From Psammoneis japonica (taxonomy: Eukaryota): 64,000 nucleotides of DNA. Under the pieces are notes generated by a model that was not told the DNA's origin, made no database searches, and saw only the letters and a list, made by a program, of their open reading frames with translations. Of the stretch, positions 61,904 to 64,000 are shown one piece after another (the first letter of the stretch is position 1; each line of letters begins with the position of its first letter). The DNA lies in contig QPGO01000007.1 in assembly GCA_008632985.1 (NCBI GenBank), forward strand, positions 186,001-250,000, in the 5' to 3' direction. A program made the translations under genes and the position numbers.

Positions 61904-62992
61904 ATGTTGAACTATCCTCTCCGCACCAGTAATGTCACTAGCCCAGGATGGAGATGTGCTTTCTTCCTTGTTCTTTTCCCCGCTACAGCTTTTGTGTTCG
62001 CCCCGCATCTATTCGCCGCTTTTGCCGCTTCCACGATGGAGTGTTCTGACGCTGAACACAGTAGTCCGGAGGTACACGTGATGACTTTAGATCGCGAGGA
62101 CGAGTCTGGTCGATTCAAACAGTTCAAGGAGCGCAATCCCCATATTCTTCCCTATCTTCATCAGTGGGACGCAATCGACGGAACTCGGATCAACTACACG
62201 GACGCAGTAAACGCAGGACTCATTACTCAAGAAGCAGCGGACGTTAGCATAATGCCTGGTTCCATTGGTTGCGCACTATCACATGCACGAGTGTGGCATC
62301 ACGTGGCCCGTGCATACAAGGATGACGACGACCCAGCCATACTTGTTCTGGAGGACGACGCAATTACGCATCCAAACATTCTCGAGTACTCTGAAAGACA
62401 TGCGGACGAGCTTTCAAAGGCTGACATTACCTTGTGTGGTCACAATCACGATGCCATCACCCTGACAACTGACAGGCGAAATGTGAAGAAGCTACTGATG
62501 AAGAGCCCATTCTTTCCAGACGAAACCTTTATCGATCATGCACTGGCCAACACGGACATTGCCGATGTGGACGTTGAACAGCTCTCGATCGCCTTCGGCA
62601 ATCCTTGCTACTGGATAAGTCCAAAAGGAGCTCGGAAGCTAGTGGACGACGTGTCCATATTTCCTCTTCGTACAGATAAGTTGTTTGGTCCTAATCCACA
62701 CAATCCAAGAGGGTGGCCACCAGCCGAGGAACCAATTTTACAGCTTTATCCATACCTACAACACACAAAACAACTCTCCAAGGATGTTCGTCTTGTCAAG
62801 ATGTACCGCACTTCTCTCGAAGCATATCTGACGTCTCCAAGCTTGGCATATGCCCCCAATGACAAGGAAAAATCCACTACTCGAAATATCATAAAGTCCA
62901 AAATCAAGTCCAATAATTATACCTACGGGGAACTGAAAGACTTGATATCAGGTGGCGGTGCAAAGCCTGCATCTCTTGTTTCGAACGAGTAG
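61904..62992 (+). CDS. Glycosyltransferase family 25
   Basis: TLDRE...RF...DAIDG, GSIGCALSHARVW, ILVLEDDA, CYWISPKGARKL; N-terminal hydrophobic anchor. Confidence 0.88.
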   Translation: MLNYPLRTSNVTSPGWRCAFFLVLFPATAFVFAPHLFAAFAASTMECSDAEHSSPEVHVMTLDREDESGRFKQFKERNPHILPYLHQWDAIDGTRINYTDAVNAGLITQEAADVSIMPGSIGCALSHARVWHHVARAYKDDDDPAILVLEDDAITHPNILEYSERHADELSKADITLCGHNHDAITLTTDRRNVKKLLMKSPFFPDETFIDHALANTDIADVDVEQLSIAFGNPCYWISPKGARKLVDDVSIFPLRTDKLFGPNPHNPRGWPPAEEPILQLYPYLQHTKQLSKDVRLVKMYRTSLEAYLTSPSLAYAPNDKEKSTTRNIIKSKIKSNNYTYGELKDLISGGGAKPASLVSNE

Positions 62993-63597
62993 ATTGCTCG
63001 TCAAGTTTCTTTTTGTTTGCAACCAAGAAAGGAATTCATTTTATAATAATTAGCAGTACTTGCCAATAGGGCTCTAGAGATTTTACTTCTAGTAGTTAGA
63101 AACTTGTAGCCTTACTATAATAGAAATAGCAAACAAGGCGAGATTCCACAGAGGTTCTACCGTAGAACTAGGGAAGAATGTCTAACAATCGCTGGAATGG
63201 AATGATAACTGTCCTATAGTAGCTAAGCTCTAGTCTGCGGTTGCGAGTAAAGTAGTTATGTAGAAAGTATGAGCTACGAGTATCTAGACTAGCAATCCAA
63301 AGAGAGCCCAAGAGAAAGTCTTGAGTCATCAAGTAGATCTCAGTCCCATGTATGAGATCAGACTCCCTCGTGATGAAAGAACGAAGGATTCATTTAAAAA
63401 TGTACTATGTAGATGTTGCCCACGCGCAATGGGAATCTTTGTCTGAACTGCGGTCGTGTCGATGGTTCGTGGTGCGTGGCGCCAATCTTATTTCACAGGT
63501 TAGTTGCATCACTCGTCCATGCATCGCGCCTTTCTGATGATGTGACAAACAATTAAAAATATGAAATCAAAGTGACGCTATTAGTTTACCTCGGCTT

Positions 63598-64000
63598 TCA
63601 CGTCTGTTCTTGCACTTTGTCACTTTTGGGAATCTTGATTACCTTTGCGGGATACGAATTGCACATTGCAATACCGCACATGTTGACTCCTCGGTGGATC
63701 TTGAAAAATCCCTCGTCACCCCACTTTGTGCCCCAGGAATTCTTTACAATCCAGTATGGAAGGTTTGTTTCCTCGTCAGTGCCATAACCAACCGCAAGAA
63801 CGGCGTGGTTTACGTCTTTGGTTGAATTCTTGCACGTGTCAGAAGTGTACACTCCGCTCTTGTAGTCCCCAAAGCCATCCACCACTTGAAACGCGACAGA
63901 GACGGGTCCGTGTTGAAAGATTGCCAATTTTAATTCCTCTTCATCTCCCTTGGTGATATTGACAGAGCCGCCCGCAACCGTCAAGTCAAAGGTACTCGAC
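63598..64000 (-). CDS. Papain-family (C1A) cysteine protease, cathepsin H-like, 3' part
   Basis: GPVSVAFQV, YKSGVY, VNHAVLAVGYG, YWIVKNSWG..WG..GFFKI.RGVNMCGI; runs off the window. Confidence 0.93.
   Translation of the reverse strand, partial: SSTFDLTVAGGSVNITKGDEEELKLAIFQHGPVSVAFQVVDGFGDYKSGVYTSDTCKNSTKDVNHAVLAVGYGTDEETNLPYWIVKNSWGTKWGDEGFFKIHRGVNMCGIAMCNSYPAKVIKIPKSDKVQEQT

Overview
This is eukaryotic genomic DNA, most likely from a pennate diatom. That is inferred from CoDi-like Ty1/copia elements, a BiP ending in DDEL, a DUF285 gene and short GT-AG introns. The window alternates between ordinary host-gene islands and transposon blocks. The host genes include a methyltransferase-like gene, a Tubby-C/LURP-like gene, DUF285-EGF, guanine deaminase, BiP, two duplicated gene families, a divergent aquaporin, a C19orf12-like gene, a GT25 and a cathepsin. 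The transposon blocks lie at about 1-13600, 18330-21150, 22950-23990, 27880-44000 and 52780-55100. Two results stand out. (1) The transposon blocks carry a strand-symmetric TpA->TpG/CpA hypermutation signature that is absent from host genes. The two 182-bp LTRs of one copia element differ at 10 unambiguous TpA sites plus one ambiguous site. Conserved and catalytic Tyr codons of RT, HUH-Rep and PIF1 have become Cys or His. This is the opposite direction to fungal RIP and suggests a repeat-targeted mutational defence. (2) A Helitron-like Rep-PIF1 gene sits in one continuous mutated block with a SET-domain gene, a TET/JBP-like 2OG-Fe(II) dioxygenase, a DOT1-like methyltransferase and an array of hairpin repeats. 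This looks like a mobile chromatin/DNA-modification toolkit. All domain calls come from motif recognition by eye; no database searches were run.
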